DNA of 62,291 bases from a virus (IMGVR_UViG_3300006750_000007:1-62291); one strand, 5' to 3'. Positions 20,261-31,271 are shown, numbered from the stretch's first letter. The notes: a model not told the origin generated them from the letters alone. Made by a program: numbers and translations.

Positions 20261-20491
20261 ATGATGGAACAAGTATTAGAACATAATCCGATAGTTAATT
20301 TAGGTGGAGCCACAACAGTATTCGCATCAATATTTATGAATATATGGAATTACTTATCATTAGAAAACATAAACTTCTTTTTAGTCTTTGTTACTTCTAT
20401 AGGAGGTTTAATATTTTTATTCTATAAAATAAAGCATGAACGTAAAAAAATTAAACTAATAGATAAACAACTAAACGAGGATGAAGAATAA
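20261..20491 (+). CDS. holin-like membrane protein
   Basis: two hydrophobic segments, charged C-tail, in lysis cluster. Confidence 0.5.
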   Translation: MMEQVLEHNPIVNLGGATTVFASIFMNIWNYLSLENINFFLVFVTSIGGLIFLFYKIKHERKKIKLIDKQLNEDEE

Positions 20492-20942
20492 ACTAATCGA
20501 AGGAATAAAGAGCCAGTTGGTTACTTTAATCATAGGAGGATTAGTAGTTGCAATCGTATTTTTAAAAGACATTTTTAAAGCTGGAGCTGATGTTAAAGCA
20601 CAAGAAACGTTCATTACATTTTTAAAATCAAAAGAATCTGTTAAGTTTATAGATTCTAGATCTGATACAGTATTTATTAATAAGATGCATGATCCTTTAT
20701 CATGGGATTTTATATTTGATAATAAATATTTTAAGCGATACACAGAAAATAAAACAGAAGAGTTATCTACAGCAATAGATAAATTATTTCTTGAATCTTC
20801 TCTTCTAATGTTTAATAAAGTTGATAGTATAGCAAAAGAAATTGGGATAAGAACAGATGAATTGTTACCTTTAGCGATTGAAATAGGAAAAGCTTATGAA
20901 TCGGGAGAATTAGAAGTAAGAATTGTAAGAGCAACATTTTAA
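20481..20942 (+). CDS. membrane-anchored protein (lysis cluster)
   Basis: single N-terminal TM segment. Confidence 0.55.
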   Translation: MKNKLIEGIKSQLVTLIIGGLVVAIVFLKDIFKAGADVKAQETFITFLKSKESVKFIDSRSDTVFINKMHDPLSWDFIFDNKYFKRYTENKTEELSTAIDKLFLESSLLMFNKVDSIAKEIGIRTDELLPLAIEIGKAYESGELEVRIVRATF

Positions 20943-20953
20943 AAAATATAACA

Positions 20954-21145
20954 ATGAAAAATTTTATAGATAGATTATTTAAAAGTGGATTAATAACAAC
21001 TATGCTAGGTATTTGTATTCTTGGAATAGGAGTATTTCTTTATATTAGTAAAGAACATAATGAAATAGAAGCTGGTGCAGTTTGTACTATCGGATTACTT
21101 CTATTAAGAAGTAAGGATTCTTTAATAGGAATATCTAAGAAATAA
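20954..21145 (+). CDS. holin-like small membrane protein
   Basis: 63 aa, two TM segments, TAATG-coupled to the endolysin. Confidence 0.55.
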   Translation: MKNFIDRLFKSGLITTMLGICILGIGVFLYISKEHNEIEAGAVCTIGLLLLRSKDSLIGISKK

Positions 21146-21660
21146 TGGAAACTCTAAGAGGTTCTATAGTAAGTTATGCTTTTGAATACTTAGGTCAAGA
21201 AGAAATTAAAGGAAATATGGGATTTAAGGATCCTGTATTTAATGATAAAATGAACTCAGTTGGAATGGTTAATGGATATGCTTGGTGCTGTCTATTTACT
21301 GAACTCTGTTGGGTTGAAGCTTATAAAGAATTTAATCCTGAAGTGTTACCTTTACTAGCTAAAGAATTTACAGCTGGAACTGTTAAAACGTTTCGACATT
21401 TTAAATCATTGGGATGGACAAGTAGAACTCCTGAAGCAGGCGACATAGTAATATGGCAAACATATAAAAGAGGTAGAGCTAAAACTAGTGGGCATGCTGC
21501 AATAGTAATTGAAGTTAATGGCAACTCATTAAAAACTATAGAAGGGAATACAAATGATAAAGGAGGGCGAGAAGGATACATTGTTGCTCAAAAAAATAGA
21601 ACTATTAATTTTGATAATAATAATGGCTTAAGAATGTTAGGATTTATTAAACCATTATGA
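21145..21660 (+). CDS. CHAP-domain peptidoglycan hydrolase (endolysin)
   Basis: AWC, PEAGDIVIW, GHAAIV, TIEGNT, GFIKP. Confidence 0.88.
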   Translation: METLRGSIVSYAFEYLGQEEIKGNMGFKDPVFNDKMNSVGMVNGYAWCCLFTELCWVEAYKEFNPEVLPLLAKEFTAGTVKTFRHFKSLGWTSRTPEAGDIVIWQTYKRGRAKTSGHAAIVIEVNGNSLKTIEGNTNDKGGREGYIVAQKNRTINFDNNNGLRMLGFIKPL

Positions 21661-21726
21661 AAATAAAAGACTTTATTTATGCAACTATACAGTTATTTAT
21701 AGTGTATATAATAGAAAAAAGATATT

Positions 21727-22341
21727 ATGGGAAAAGAATGGAATATAGAAACTTATACAAAAGAAACTCTATACAAGATTGTTCTCGTCGTTCTTTTATT
21801 TATCCTCCTGTTCCGACACTGTGGATCTGATAAAAAATTTAGTCCTGATAAGACTATTGTGGTTAAAAGTGATACTGTATACGTGAAAGGAAATGATATA
21901 CTCATTCCCTTTCTCGATACAGTTTTTATAACTAAAGTAGTCACTAAAAATGTAAAGCCAGAAATCATATACCTTAAAGATAGTTCTCAACTAGTTAAAT
22001 ACGATACTTCTATAGAAGATAGTTTACTAACGGGAAACATCAGTACTACTATTCAACTTCCAAGTAAAAGTCTAATAGAACAAACGTTCTCATATACTCC
22101 TAAGTTTCCTAAAAGAATTCTTAGAGTAGACACAGTTAAGATAGAAACTACAATAGAAACAACTATTCGAAATGAGAGAAATATACTAGTTGGAGTAGGG
22201 ATTGGAGCAAGTAAAAATAACTTATCGATTAATTTAGGCGGCGGATTTAGAGACAAACAAGGAAGAGATTATTTTTATCATTTTGATATGTTGCAAAAAT
22301 CCCATAACTTTGGGATACAAATACCATTAAGATGGCGATAG
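21727..22341 (+). CDS. spanin-like membrane protein
   Basis: N-terminal TM followed by Cys, DTVY/DTVF repeats, C-terminal beta strands; follows the endolysin. Confidence 0.5.
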   Translation: MGKEWNIETYTKETLYKIVLVVLLFILLFRHCGSDKKFSPDKTIVVKSDTVYVKGNDILIPFLDTVFITKVVTKNVKPEIIYLKDSSQLVKYDTSIEDSLLTGNISTTIQLPSKSLIEQTFSYTPKFPKRILRVDTVKIETTIETTIRNERNILVGVGIGASKNNLSINLGGGFRDKQGRDYFYHFDMLQKSHNFGIQIPLRWR

Positions 22342-22727
22342 GAAAAACAATAGATCAAATAGATAGGCTTCATAAGACACATAAAGCTATATCTGGACAA
22401 GTTTATGATTCAGAAGATGGTAAACAATATCTTGGATTAGCTAGTGGACGTCTTAAATTTATTGGTTCAATAAATAATCAAGTTAGTTATGACAATGGAA
22501 TCTCTACTGTAGCAAATATTGGAAAATATAATAATGAACAAATAGAAGCTCAACTTGATCAAGTTGAAACAAACAGATTAGATATTTTAACGCATCCTTA
22601 TAGTGGAGTTTCTTTTATTCCGACAAACAGAATCTTAACAATTATCGAACATAGTCAAATGATTAATTACGGAGAGTTAAGAATTAGTGGAGTTTTAGAT
22701 ATAGATGGCGACTTAATTTTAAAATAA
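22332..22727 (+). CDS. hypothetical structural protein
   Basis: 131 aa with beta-rich C-terminus. Confidence 0.6.
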   Translation: MAIGKTIDQIDRLHKTHKAISGQVYDSEDGKQYLGLASGRLKFIGSINNQVSYDNGISTVANIGKYNNEQIEAQLDQVETNRLDILTHPYSGVSFIPTNRILTIIEHSQMINYGELRISGVLDIDGDLILK

Positions 22728-22733
22728 TAAACA

Positions 22734-23789
22734 ATGGCACGGATACAAATAGGAACAGAGAACGGTTCTACACTAGGCAATCCAACAACAGGAGACTTTT
22801 ATATCTTTATAGATAGTAATAATGCCAATAAATATACCTTAAGAGATAGTACAGGAACTGATACTATTTTAGGTGGTGGTGTAATTGGTGATTTATTATC
22901 TACAAACAATTTATCAGATGTTGCTAATGCTGTTACTTCACTATCTAATTTAGGGGGAGAACCTGCATTTTCTAAGAATACAGGATTTAATAAAAATCTT
23001 GGAACAACCGCAGGAACTGTTTTAGAAGGAGATAAAAATGCTGCTATTGCATTGAATACAGCAAAATCAACAAACGCTACACATACAGGAGAGGTAACAG
23101 GTAACGGAGCTTTAACTGTAGATAGTACAGCTATAAGTAATAAAGCTTCTGTAACAGCAGCAAGTGGAATGGAGGTTCTTGTTAATGATGCAGGTACTCT
23201 TAAAAAAGCTGATGCAGATGACTTTTTAGGAGGAACAACTAATTTAGGAGCAACTGCTAATGGAACTTCTTTAACAGTAACATCTTCAACAGGAACTAAC
23301 GCAACTATTCCAGCTGTTACTACTTCTGCTTGGGGGGCTATGACAGATGAAGACAAAACAAAACTTGATGGCATTAGTGCAGGGGCTGACAAATATTATT
23401 CTCAAAACTTAATTGACACAACAGGAGGAACTATTGACGCTCCTTACGGTACTCCTGCAATATTAACAAGTTCAGCTAATTTTTATATTACAGTAGTTGA
23501 AACAGGTACTTATATTATTCATGGCAGTGTAAATACAGACAATGATTTAAATAAAGATAACAATGCCTTAGAGTTGGTATATGGGATAGACACAGGCTCT
23601 GGAGCAGCAATAGGCCCTGTTCCTTATCAACAAAATTTACAAGGCAAGAAAAACAAAAGAAACGGTATCCAGGGAACTTGGCTTGGAGTGTCATTAACAG
23701 CAGGAGATAAAGTTCATATGTATATGAGTACTTGTGATGATAGTTGTACTTGGTTAGGTGGAAGAATATTTATAGCACAATGGAAATAG
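22734..23789 (+). CDS. tail fibre protein
   Basis: NNLSDVANA..SLSNLG, THTGEVTG, GAMTDEDKTKLDGI fibre motifs; Thr/Gly-rich. Confidence 0.75.
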   Translation: MARIQIGTENGSTLGNPTTGDFYIFIDSNNANKYTLRDSTGTDTILGGGVIGDLLSTNNLSDVANAVTSLSNLGGEPAFSKNTGFNKNLGTTAGTVLEGDKNAAIALNTAKSTNATHTGEVTGNGALTVDSTAISNKASVTAASGMEVLVNDAGTLKKADADDFLGGTTNLGATANGTSLTVTSSTGTNATIPAVTTSAWGAMTDEDKTKLDGISAGADKYYSQNLIDTTGGTIDAPYGTPAILTSSANFYITVVETGTYIIHGSVNTDNDLNKDNNALELVYGIDTGSGAAIGPVPYQQNLQGKKNKRNGIQGTWLGVSLTAGDKVHMYMSTCDDSCTWLGGRIFIAQWK

Positions 23790-24130
23790 ATAATCCTTGT
23801 ATAAAATGTATGGGAAGTTGTTGTTCTTTAGAGGTAGATATAAGTAGAGATGAATATAATAAGTTTATAAAAATGGGTTTAGAAAATAATTTAACAAAAA
23901 ATATCTCTAAATTTATAATAGAGCATCCAGAATTTAAAGAAAAAGAAAATGATTTAGATGAGATGTATGAAAATGAATATGCGGTACTAAAATCAGGAAA
24001 AGATGGGTATTGTATGTTTTTGGATAGAAAAACAAGATTATGTAATATTTATAATGATAGACCAGATACTTGTAAAAATTTTAGTAATAAATCAAATGAT
24101 TGTAAAAAAATAAAAAAATGTATAGCTTAA
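23780..24130 (+). CDS. YkgJ-family CxxCxxCC cysteine-cluster protein (start at 23780 more likely than 23744)
   Basis: CIKCMGSCC ... CMFLD ... LCNIYNDRPDTCKNF. Confidence 0.8.
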   Translation: MEIDNPCIKCMGSCCSLEVDISRDEYNKFIKMGLENNLTKNISKFIIEHPEFKEKENDLDEMYENEYAVLKSGKDGYCMFLDRKTRLCNIYNDRPDTCKNFSNKSNDCKKIKKCIA

Positions 24131-24642
24131 TAATTTCCACACTAAATACTAATGCAGATGCTAAATACTTTAGCAAATGGTTAAGGGATAATTATACACT
24201 TACTTATAAGGGATTATCTATAGGAGGAAAAGTTATTATCCAGTTTAGTGCCGAACCTTCAAAAGCTAATAAAGCTACTATAACAGACAGGTATCAATCA
24301 TTAACTACTGAAGATGTTTTAGTTTTAGAAAATATAATTATAACTTACGAAAAAAGAACAAACGATGGACTTAATTATTACAATGAAATTAGAGCAGATT
24401 TATCTTTAGAATATAATCAAGAAGAAATTGATATTAAACAAGCAAATTATATTGAAACAAAATTAATTAATGTTAAAAGCTTTTTGTTGTCTGGAGATTG
24501 GGTAACAGCTCAATATCAAACAGACAATGTACTTGTAAAAGAGGGTAAAGTTTCTGAGGAGGACATAGAGAATGGCTTTACTCAGGAAAGATACGACAAC
24601 CTAAAAGAGCAGATAGATATATACGTTAAAGCTAACTATTAA
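24118..24642 (+). CDS. hypothetical protein (possible fibre-associated protein)
   Basis: 174-aa ORF, LLSGDWVTA motif. Confidence 0.65.
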   Translation: MYSLIISTLNTNADAKYFSKWLRDNYTLTYKGLSIGGKVIIQFSAEPSKANKATITDRYQSLTTEDVLVLENIIITYEKRTNDGLNYYNEIRADLSLEYNQEEIDIKQANYIETKLINVKSFLLSGDWVTAQYQTDNVLVKEGKVSEEDIENGFTQERYDNLKEQIDIYVKANY

Positions 24643-24666
24643 AATATAAACATTAGAATATAAGAT

Positions 24667-25377
24667 ATGACACTTAACGAATTAGCATATGACCTTTTAG
24701 AGAGAGTTCGAGCAGAACTTTCTGATGACGAATACATAGATAAACGTCAACTTAAATTTTGGATCCATAATCAAAGAGCATTATGGCTCAGAAATGAATT
24801 AAATAGAAATAGAACTATAGATTCTAATATTATTCAAGACTTAGGTTGTGTAGAATTAGAAGTAGTTGATGCTTCTGCTTGTTCAGATATTCCTGTAGGA
24901 TGTTCTGTACTTAGAACTATAAAAGATATTCCTAACACTATAGAATTACATAATAAAACATTGATTACTAGAATAGGACCTTTAGACCAATCTATTCCTG
25001 ATTTTACTTTTACATCTCATGAAAGAGCAATCTTTTCAGGTAATGGTAGATATAATGTAAAACATGTCTACGCATATTTGTTAAATAATAAAATGTACCT
25101 TAAATTTGATGAAGAGTGTAACCTGGAAGCTAAAATGTTAACTCATGTAAATATTCGAGGAGTATTTGAAGATCCAACAGAAGTAGCTACATTTACAGAT
25201 TCAGACGGACAAGCTTGCTATTCAGATGACGAAGAGTATCCTTTGAATAGATGGATGTATAATTATATAAAAGATGCTATAGTTAAAGCTGATCTTTCTA
25301 ATATGATTATGTTACCTACAGATTCAACAAATAATGCAAATATAGAATTAAGCGGGCTTCAAGATGGCAAAGGATAG
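24667..25377 (+). CDS. tail ring protein
   Basis: MTLNELAYD..., QDLGCVEL, IRGVFEDP, YPL; synteny with IHF-Ttub-Tstab block. Confidence 0.65.
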   Translation: MTLNELAYDLLERVRAELSDDEYIDKRQLKFWIHNQRALWLRNELNRNRTIDSNIIQDLGCVELEVVDASACSDIPVGCSVLRTIKDIPNTIELHNKTLITRIGPLDQSIPDFTFTSHERAIFSGNGRYNVKHVYAYLLNNKMYLKFDEECNLEAKMLTHVNIRGVFEDPTEVATFTDSDGQACYSDDEEYPLNRWMYNYIKDAIVKADLSNMIMLPTDSTNNANIELSGLQDGKG

Positions 25378-25870
25378 AATCAAAACACATATTGGGTCAG
25401 CAGACATTTATGCCTTCTATAGAAGAAATACAGATAACAAAACTGTAGAACGTTCAACCTTTAGTAAAATTACTGATGAGTTTAACGAGTCAATAATGAA
25501 TGCTGTCATATATGAAGGTTTTGAATTTTCTCTACCGTTTAGATTAGGACATATAAGAATAAGAAAGCATAAGCCAATATTAAGATATAATGAAGACGGG
25601 TCTTTAGATAAAACTCCATTACATCCAGACTGGCAAGCAACTAAAAAGTTGTGGGCTGAAAATACAGATGCTAAGGAACGAAAGCAATTAGTCTTTCATA
25701 CTAATCCTCATACTAATGGATATCAGTATAAATTCTTTTGGCATAAAAAACATTGCAATATTAAAAACCATACATCATATTGTTTTATTCCTAGTAGAGC
25801 TAACAAGAGAAATCTTGCAGCACTATTAAAGAACCCTGAGATGATGAAACAAATACAATTTTTTGAATAA
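25364..25870 (+). CDS. IHF-like protein of the crAss-like tail module
   Basis: FSLPFRLGHIRIRK, DWQATKKLW, NPHTNGYQYKFFW. Confidence 0.7.
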   Translation: MAKDRIKTHIGSADIYAFYRRNTDNKTVERSTFSKITDEFNESIMNAVIYEGFEFSLPFRLGHIRIRKHKPILRYNEDGSLDKTPLHPDWQATKKLWAENTDAKERKQLVFHTNPHTNGYQYKFFWHKKHCNIKNHTSYCFIPSRANKRNLAALLKNPEMMKQIQFFE

Positions 25871-26676
25871 TGGCACTAAATGGAAAATACGTACGTATAG
25901 AAAACATACTTGAAAGAGTATACACAGATTATGGATTTGAAGACGATCTAGAATGGATAAGCGCTATCAACTGGATAGGTGATGCTCTAGATAAGATTGG
26001 TGCTCCTGCTCCATTAACTAAAAAAGTTACTGACGCTAATGCAAAATTTGGTCATTACGACCCTATTGTTATCTGTAATCATAGAGGAGATCTTCCTTGC
26101 GACTTAGCTCAAATTATATCTTGTAGAGAATATACTACTAAGAGTCCAATGACAGAAGCTTCTTCTACATTTCATATTTCAGCTAACTCAAATGTAGATA
26201 CTACTACTTCAGGATACTTAAATAATGAAACATTAAGTTCTACTACTGAAGCAGATAATGTAGTAAAGTTTTCACAACCACTTTCATATGAACTTAATGG
26301 AGGAAAGATATTTACTTCATTTAAAGATGGTAAAATTGAAATGGCTTATTGGGCATATCCAACAGATGAAAGAGGTTATCCTCTTATTCCAGATGAGATA
26401 TATTATAAAGAAGCATGTACTAATTATATTGCTCATAAGTTATCTAGAAAATTAGCAGGACGTAATCAATACAATCCTCAAATGGCTGCTAACATAGAAC
26501 AAGAATGGTTATTTTATGTTAACGCCGCTAAACAAAAAGCATTAATGCCGTCTATAGATAAGATGGAATCGATTAAGAATCAATGGCTTAGACTTATACC
26601 ACAAGTCAATGAACATGATAGTCACTTTGTATTCTTAAGCGATCAACAAAATCGAACAATTCATAACGCTAGATAA
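25870..26676 (+). CDS. tail tubular/ring protein
   Basis: IFTSFKDGKIEMAY...TDERGYPLIPD; between IHF-like and tail stabilization genes. Confidence 0.7.
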   Translation: MALNGKYVRIENILERVYTDYGFEDDLEWISAINWIGDALDKIGAPAPLTKKVTDANAKFGHYDPIVICNHRGDLPCDLAQIISCREYTTKSPMTEASSTFHISANSNVDTTTSGYLNNETLSSTTEADNVVKFSQPLSYELNGGKIFTSFKDGKIEMAYWAYPTDERGYPLIPDEIYYKEACTNYIAHKLSRKLAGRNQYNPQMAANIEQEWLFYVNAAKQKALMPSIDKMESIKNQWLRLIPQVNEHDSHFVFLSDQQNRTIHNAR

Positions 26677-29600
26677 TGCCAGCAAGCAAGAATACTTACA
26701 TAGGGGGACTAGATAGAAATACGTCAAAGTCAAAGTATAAGAATACTAATTACTATGACGCAAAGAATATTAAGGTAATCACGGAAGGTGGTCTATCTAC
26801 TGGTTCTATTGAAAATGAAAAAGGTAACAAGTTTACTTTTAGTATTCCTGATTTACCGAAACAATTTGTTATTAAACCTAGTACTATATCAAGTGAACTT
26901 ACAGTTAACTTTGGAAGTATTGGTACTCAAGTAATAAATAATGTAGTAGAGAGTAACGTTTATCAAACTCTTATTTCACATCCTACTATGGCTGCACTTA
27001 TAACAGCTGGAGATGTAGAAGTTGTCGAAGTAGGTGAAACTGCTATTGTATATGATCTTACAGATCAAAGTATAGGTTGGATGAGTCCTGAGTATATGGT
27101 AGATGCTACATCTAAAGTAACAAGTCCTAAAATAATAGGACACGGAATGCTTCATGATGATGTTATATTATTCACTACTTCATCAGAAGAAGAAACTCCT
27201 GTAGGTACTGATGGACAGATTTGGAAATTTAAATATGATGAGATTAACGGTACTGTAATAGGAATTAACGGTATAGAATTAGATAGAAAGGTACATTTAT
27301 TGAATAACAGTAAGTTAAATTTTTCAACTAATTATAGAATAGAAGAAGCAGTATGCAGATATGAAAATATTAAGACAGGTAGGATATATTTTACTGATTA
27401 TAATAATTCACTTAGAACATTTAATGCTTATTCAGATAGAATCTTACTTAAACAACCTTCAGAATTTGACATTGTCGATTCTATTTCTATGTCCATTCCT
27501 GTTGTTGATGGGATTGGCATTGGTGGGATTGGCGCTGGGTCAGTAGTACAAGTAGGATATAGATTAGTAAATACAATTTCAGGTACAGTTACTACTATGA
27601 GTCCTTCAAGTACTCTAATTCATCTTACTCAATATGATTCAAATTTAGAAGACTATCAAACATATCAAGGTTCGACAGCTGGAGCAGTAGCTAATTCTAG
27701 ATCTATTACTTATACAATTAAGGATATAGATATTGATTATGATTTAATAGAACATTTTGCAGTTGTATATTCATATCAAGATAATCCTACTATTGTAAAG
27801 TTCTCCGAGGAAGCAGTACCTGCTACAGGAGAATTAACAGTTACATTTAATGGAACTGAAGACTATATTTATTTTACATCTTCTGAGTTTAATATTCTTA
27901 ATCAATCGTTTGTTGCTAAAACATTAACTAGTATTGATGATAGATTAGTTGCTGCAAATATTAAACAAGCTGAATTTGATGTAGACTTTGATGCTAGAGC
28001 ATATAGATTTAATTCTGGTTCTAACGTCATTAAACTTCACGATACGAATAATAATGAAATTTCAAAGGATACTTCTCAACCATCTTTTAATTGGTCAGAT
28101 ATTCCTGAAGATCATGATGCTATAAACTATTACAATCAAGAGTATCCTGAATTTTACATAGGTAATGGAGGAACTCAAAATGATTGGAAAAATAACTATC
28201 AAAAGAAATATCAAAAAGGTTCTACTACCGTTCTTGGAGGAACAGGAGGAAAAGTATCATATAAGTTTGTAAGCAAGAGTTTAAGCGGAAATGAAAATTT
28301 GGCTAATCCTACTACAGTACCTGGAGGTAGTGGAGGACATATTGTTGTTCCTAGATTTCTTTCAAGTGATGGTCCATCTATATTAGGAACTAAAAATGCA
28401 GATGGTACTAACAGAGAATATCCTATAGCAGATCAATATAAAAATCAAAAGTCACCATTAATCTCTACTCTTTGGACAGGTTATGCTAGAGGCGAAACTT
28501 ATAGATTTGGTATTACATTCTTTGACCTTAAAGGCAATCCTTCATATGTTAAATGGATTGGAGATATTAAATTTCCTAATCAATACGATGGAATACCTAG
28601 TACTTTTTCGACAGGTTCTCCTTGGAAATTAATAAATAGTGATTCAACAATAACAAGCATCAGAAATATAGCTATTGAATTTACTGTAGATATTAGTTCT
28701 TTAGTTGGAGAGATATCTGGATTCTCTATTGTTAGAGCTGAAAGAAAAGAAAAAGATAAAACTAGATTAGGTACTGGCGTAATTTCTCAATTTGAAGGAG
28801 TAGAAAAAGATCTCGATCAAAAATATAATATATATTCATCATGGAGAAATACAGTTAATTTAGATAATTCAGAAATGGGAACTGAATTTGATAAAATAAA
28901 CGGAGCTTCAGATCAAAAATGTATTACTATTTCTGATAGATTTTCTCACACTGAGGCTTTTGGAACTAGTACTCCATATAAAAACTTAATTAATTTTAGG
29001 TCTCCATTATCTCAATTTAGAAATTATAATAATTATAATTCTACATCTTTAGATTGGTTACAACCTACAGAAATATTTTTTACTAAATTAGTAAATTGTT
29101 ATAATGATACAAGTGATAAATCTTATGCTTTTTACATGAAAGTAGAAGAGTCAACAAATCCTTTAAGAACTAGCACATCTTCTAATAGTTCAAGTCTTAC
29201 TGGTCATACATTAGGAAGATATTTTTTAATTAATTCTGAAAGAGAACTTAAATCTGGAGAAGCAATAGATTTTAATGAATCAGTATTTGATGGTTTTGAT
29301 AATTCTTCAGATTATAATTACTTACTTAATGCTTATCCCACATTAACTAATAATTCTAATAACAAAGGTGAAGTATTAGGATTAGGAAATAATACTCATC
29401 TTTTAAATATGAGAGAGCCTAATCTTAACCCATTAGTTCCTGATTGGTGGACAGATCCTTCTGTATTATTTGGACTTGGAAATTCTTCTACTTTAAATAA
29501 TTTTTTCTACTCAGGTCAACAAGGATGGAATAATGAAACACATAGAAGAAATCCATATCTTACATCTGTATCTTATAATAGATTTGTAACTAATCAATAT

Positions 29601-31271
29601 GGAGGATGGTCTCATTTACAAAGAAGTAAAACTAAATATATAGAAACAGGTCATTTTCAAACAGTTAATGAGATTAATAGCGGAGTTCTTACTTCTGATG
29701 TTTGGGGAGGAGATACATATACTACATATCATGATGAGGAAATGATTGTACCTTATTCAGATAGAGACCAATCTTCTAGTCAATCATTTGAACCTCCTAT
29801 AGATAAGAAACAAGTAGGAATAGCTGTAGTTTATCCTGCAGAGACTTCTATTAATACTCATCTTAGAATAGGAAAACATTGGGCTAAAAGTAAAGATTAT
29901 GATACTAATTGGTTATTATTAGATGGAACTCAAGCATTCGAAGATTTAGATTTCAACGAAGTTTATAATCAACAATCAAATATTAAAGCTACTTATATAG
30001 CAAAAGATCCTATAGCTCCTGTAGTTGAGGAGTTTCCTCATATGATAAAAGTATCTGAAGCCAAGATAGATGGAGAACTTATCGATAACTGGGCAACTTT
30101 TAAACCTCTTGTGTTTGACGAAGTAGAAGGATTACACGGTCCTATAAATAAGATTGTAGCATTTAGAAACGCATTACTATTTTATCAAACTAATGCTGTA
30201 GGTTCAGTAATTATTAATGAAAGAGTAGCTATTCCAAATCAACTTGGAGACGCTATTGTTTTAGGAGATGGTTCTGTAATTAATAAACCTTCATATGTTA
30301 CTAAAGAGACAGGAGCTCTACATCAGTTTTCAGTAGTGTCTACTCCAAGAGCAGTCTATCATTATGATGATGTTCGAAGAAAGATATATAAATTTGCTGG
30401 AGAAATGATAGCCGTTACTGATTTAAAACATATATCAAGTTTTTTCAATGACATAATAGGAAACCTTATTAAAAATGATAAGACTCTTCAAGATATAGGT
30501 AAAGGAGTACATTCTACTTATGATTACAAAAACAATAGAGCAATCTTTACTTTCTTAGGAGTAGATGTTATAAAAGATTGGGTAAGCGGAACATTTGAAT
30601 CAGGACAAATAATTGTTTATGGAGGAATGTATTATCTTGTAAATAGTAACTTTACGTATACTGCATCAGATAAATTTGAAGACCCTCAAACCCCTGATGA
30701 CTTTGATACCACAGTGTATCCTAATTTAAAAGGCGATTTTAAGAATGGATTTACTATTACGTATAATGAACTAATAGACTCGTTTGAATCATTTATGGAT
30801 TATGTTCCTCAGATATATATGGATTGTAATCGTAGATTATTAACTGTAGACCCTGAAGCTAAAGGAAAAGCTTATATACAAGATGATGGGACATATGGAG
30901 AATTTTATGAAAATAAATATGATTCTCATATAGAACTACTTATTAATCCTCATGCTGATTATACTAAAGTATTTGATAATATCGAGTTCAAGTCAGAAAT
31001 AAAAATCGATGATGTAGATCAACCTACAGAAACCTTATCATCTCTACAGTTCTATAATGATTACCAAGACACAGGAGTAATCCCTTTAGTGATAGGTACG
31101 AACATTCAAGAAAGAATGAGAACTTGGAGAAGTCGTATTCCTAGACACAATGGAACTAAAGCAAGAATGAGAGATTCTCATATTAGATTGATTTTAAAAT
31201 TTGAAAATGATAATAATAAAAGATTAGTTCTTCATGATGTAATAACTCACTTTAGAGTAGCTAACATGTAG
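26676..31271 (+). CDS. tail stabilization (muzzle) protein
   Basis: 1531 aa; GGLDRN, IYFTDYNNSLR, GYARGETYRFGI, GGDTY, GPINKI, KVFDNI, RMRD. Confidence 0.8.
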   Translation: MPASKNTYIGGLDRNTSKSKYKNTNYYDAKNIKVITEGGLSTGSIENEKGNKFTFSIPDLPKQFVIKPSTISSELTVNFGSIGTQVINNVVESNVYQTLISHPTMAALITAGDVEVVEVGETAIVYDLTDQSIGWMSPEYMVDATSKVTSPKIIGHGMLHDDVILFTTSSEEETPVGTDGQIWKFKYDEINGTVIGINGIELDRKVHLLNNSKLNFSTNYRIEEAVCRYENIKTGRIYFTDYNNSLRTFNAYSDRILLKQPSEFDIVDSISMSIPVVDGIGIGGIGAGSVVQVGYRLVNTISGTVTTMSPSSTLIHLTQYDSNLEDYQTYQGSTAGAVANSRSITYTIKDIDIDYDLIEHFAVVYSYQDNPTIVKFSEEAVPATGELTVTFNGTEDYIYFTSSEFNILNQSFVAKTLTSIDDRLVAANIKQAEFDVDFDARAYRFNSGSNVIKLHDTNNNEISKDTSQPSFNWSDIPEDHDAINYYNQEYPEFYIGNGGTQNDWKNNYQKKYQKGSTTVLGGTGGKVSYKFVSKSLSGNENLANPTTVPGGSGGHIVVPRFLSSDGPSILGTKNADGTNREYPIADQYKNQKSPLISTLWTGYARGETYRFGITFFDLKGNPSYVKWIGDIKFPNQYDGIPSTFSTGSPWKLINSDSTITSIRNIAIEFTVDISSLVGEISGFSIVRAERKEKDKTRLGTGVISQFEGVEKDLDQKYNIYSSWRNTVNLDNSEMGTEFDKINGASDQKCITISDRFSHTEAFGTSTPYKNLINFRSPLSQFRNYNNYNSTSLDWLQPTEIFFTKLVNCYNDTSDKSYAFYMKVEESTNPLRTSTSSNSSSLTGHTLGRYFLINSERELKSGEAIDFNESVFDGFDNSSDYNYLLNAYPTLTNNSNNKGEVLGLGNNTHLLNMREPNLNPLVPDWWTDPSVLFGLGNSSTLNNFFYSGQQGWNNETHRRNPYLTSVSYNRFVTNQYGGWSHLQRSKTKYIETGHFQTVNEINSGVLTSDVWGGDTYTTYHDEEMIVPYSDRDQSSSQSFEPPIDKKQVGIAVVYPAETSINTHLRIGKHWAKSKDYDTNWLLLDGTQAFEDLDFNEVYNQQSNIKATYIAKDPIAPVVEEFPHMIKVSEAKIDGELIDNWATFKPLVFDEVEGLHGPINKIVAFRNALLFYQTNAVGSVIINERVAIPNQLGDAIVLGDGSVINKPSYVTKETGALHQFSVVSTPRAVYHYDDVRRKIYKFAGEMIAVTDLKHISSFFNDIIGNLIKNDKTLQDIGKGVHSTYDYKNNRAIFTFLGVDVIKDWVSGTFESGQIIVYGGMYYLVNSNFTYTASDKFEDPQTPDDFDTTVYPNLKGDFKNGFTITYNELIDSFESFMDYVPQIYMDCNRRLLTVDPEAKGKAYIQDDGTYGEFYENKYDSHIELLINPHADYTKVFDNIEFKSEIKIDDVDQPTETLSSLQFYNDYQDTGVIPLVIGTNIQERMRTWRSRIPRHNGTKARMRDSHIRLILKFENDNNKRLVLHDVITHFRVANM

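Noticed and set aside
22799-23392. 197-aa antisense ORF in the fibre gene, and the other short antisense ORFs in the track
   Set aside because: Explained by codon bias of the sense genes; no start context or motifs
18568-23789. Diversity-generating retroelement or invertible tail-fibre switch
   Set aside because: No reverse transcriptase, invertase, template/variable repeat pair or flanking inverted repeats were seen
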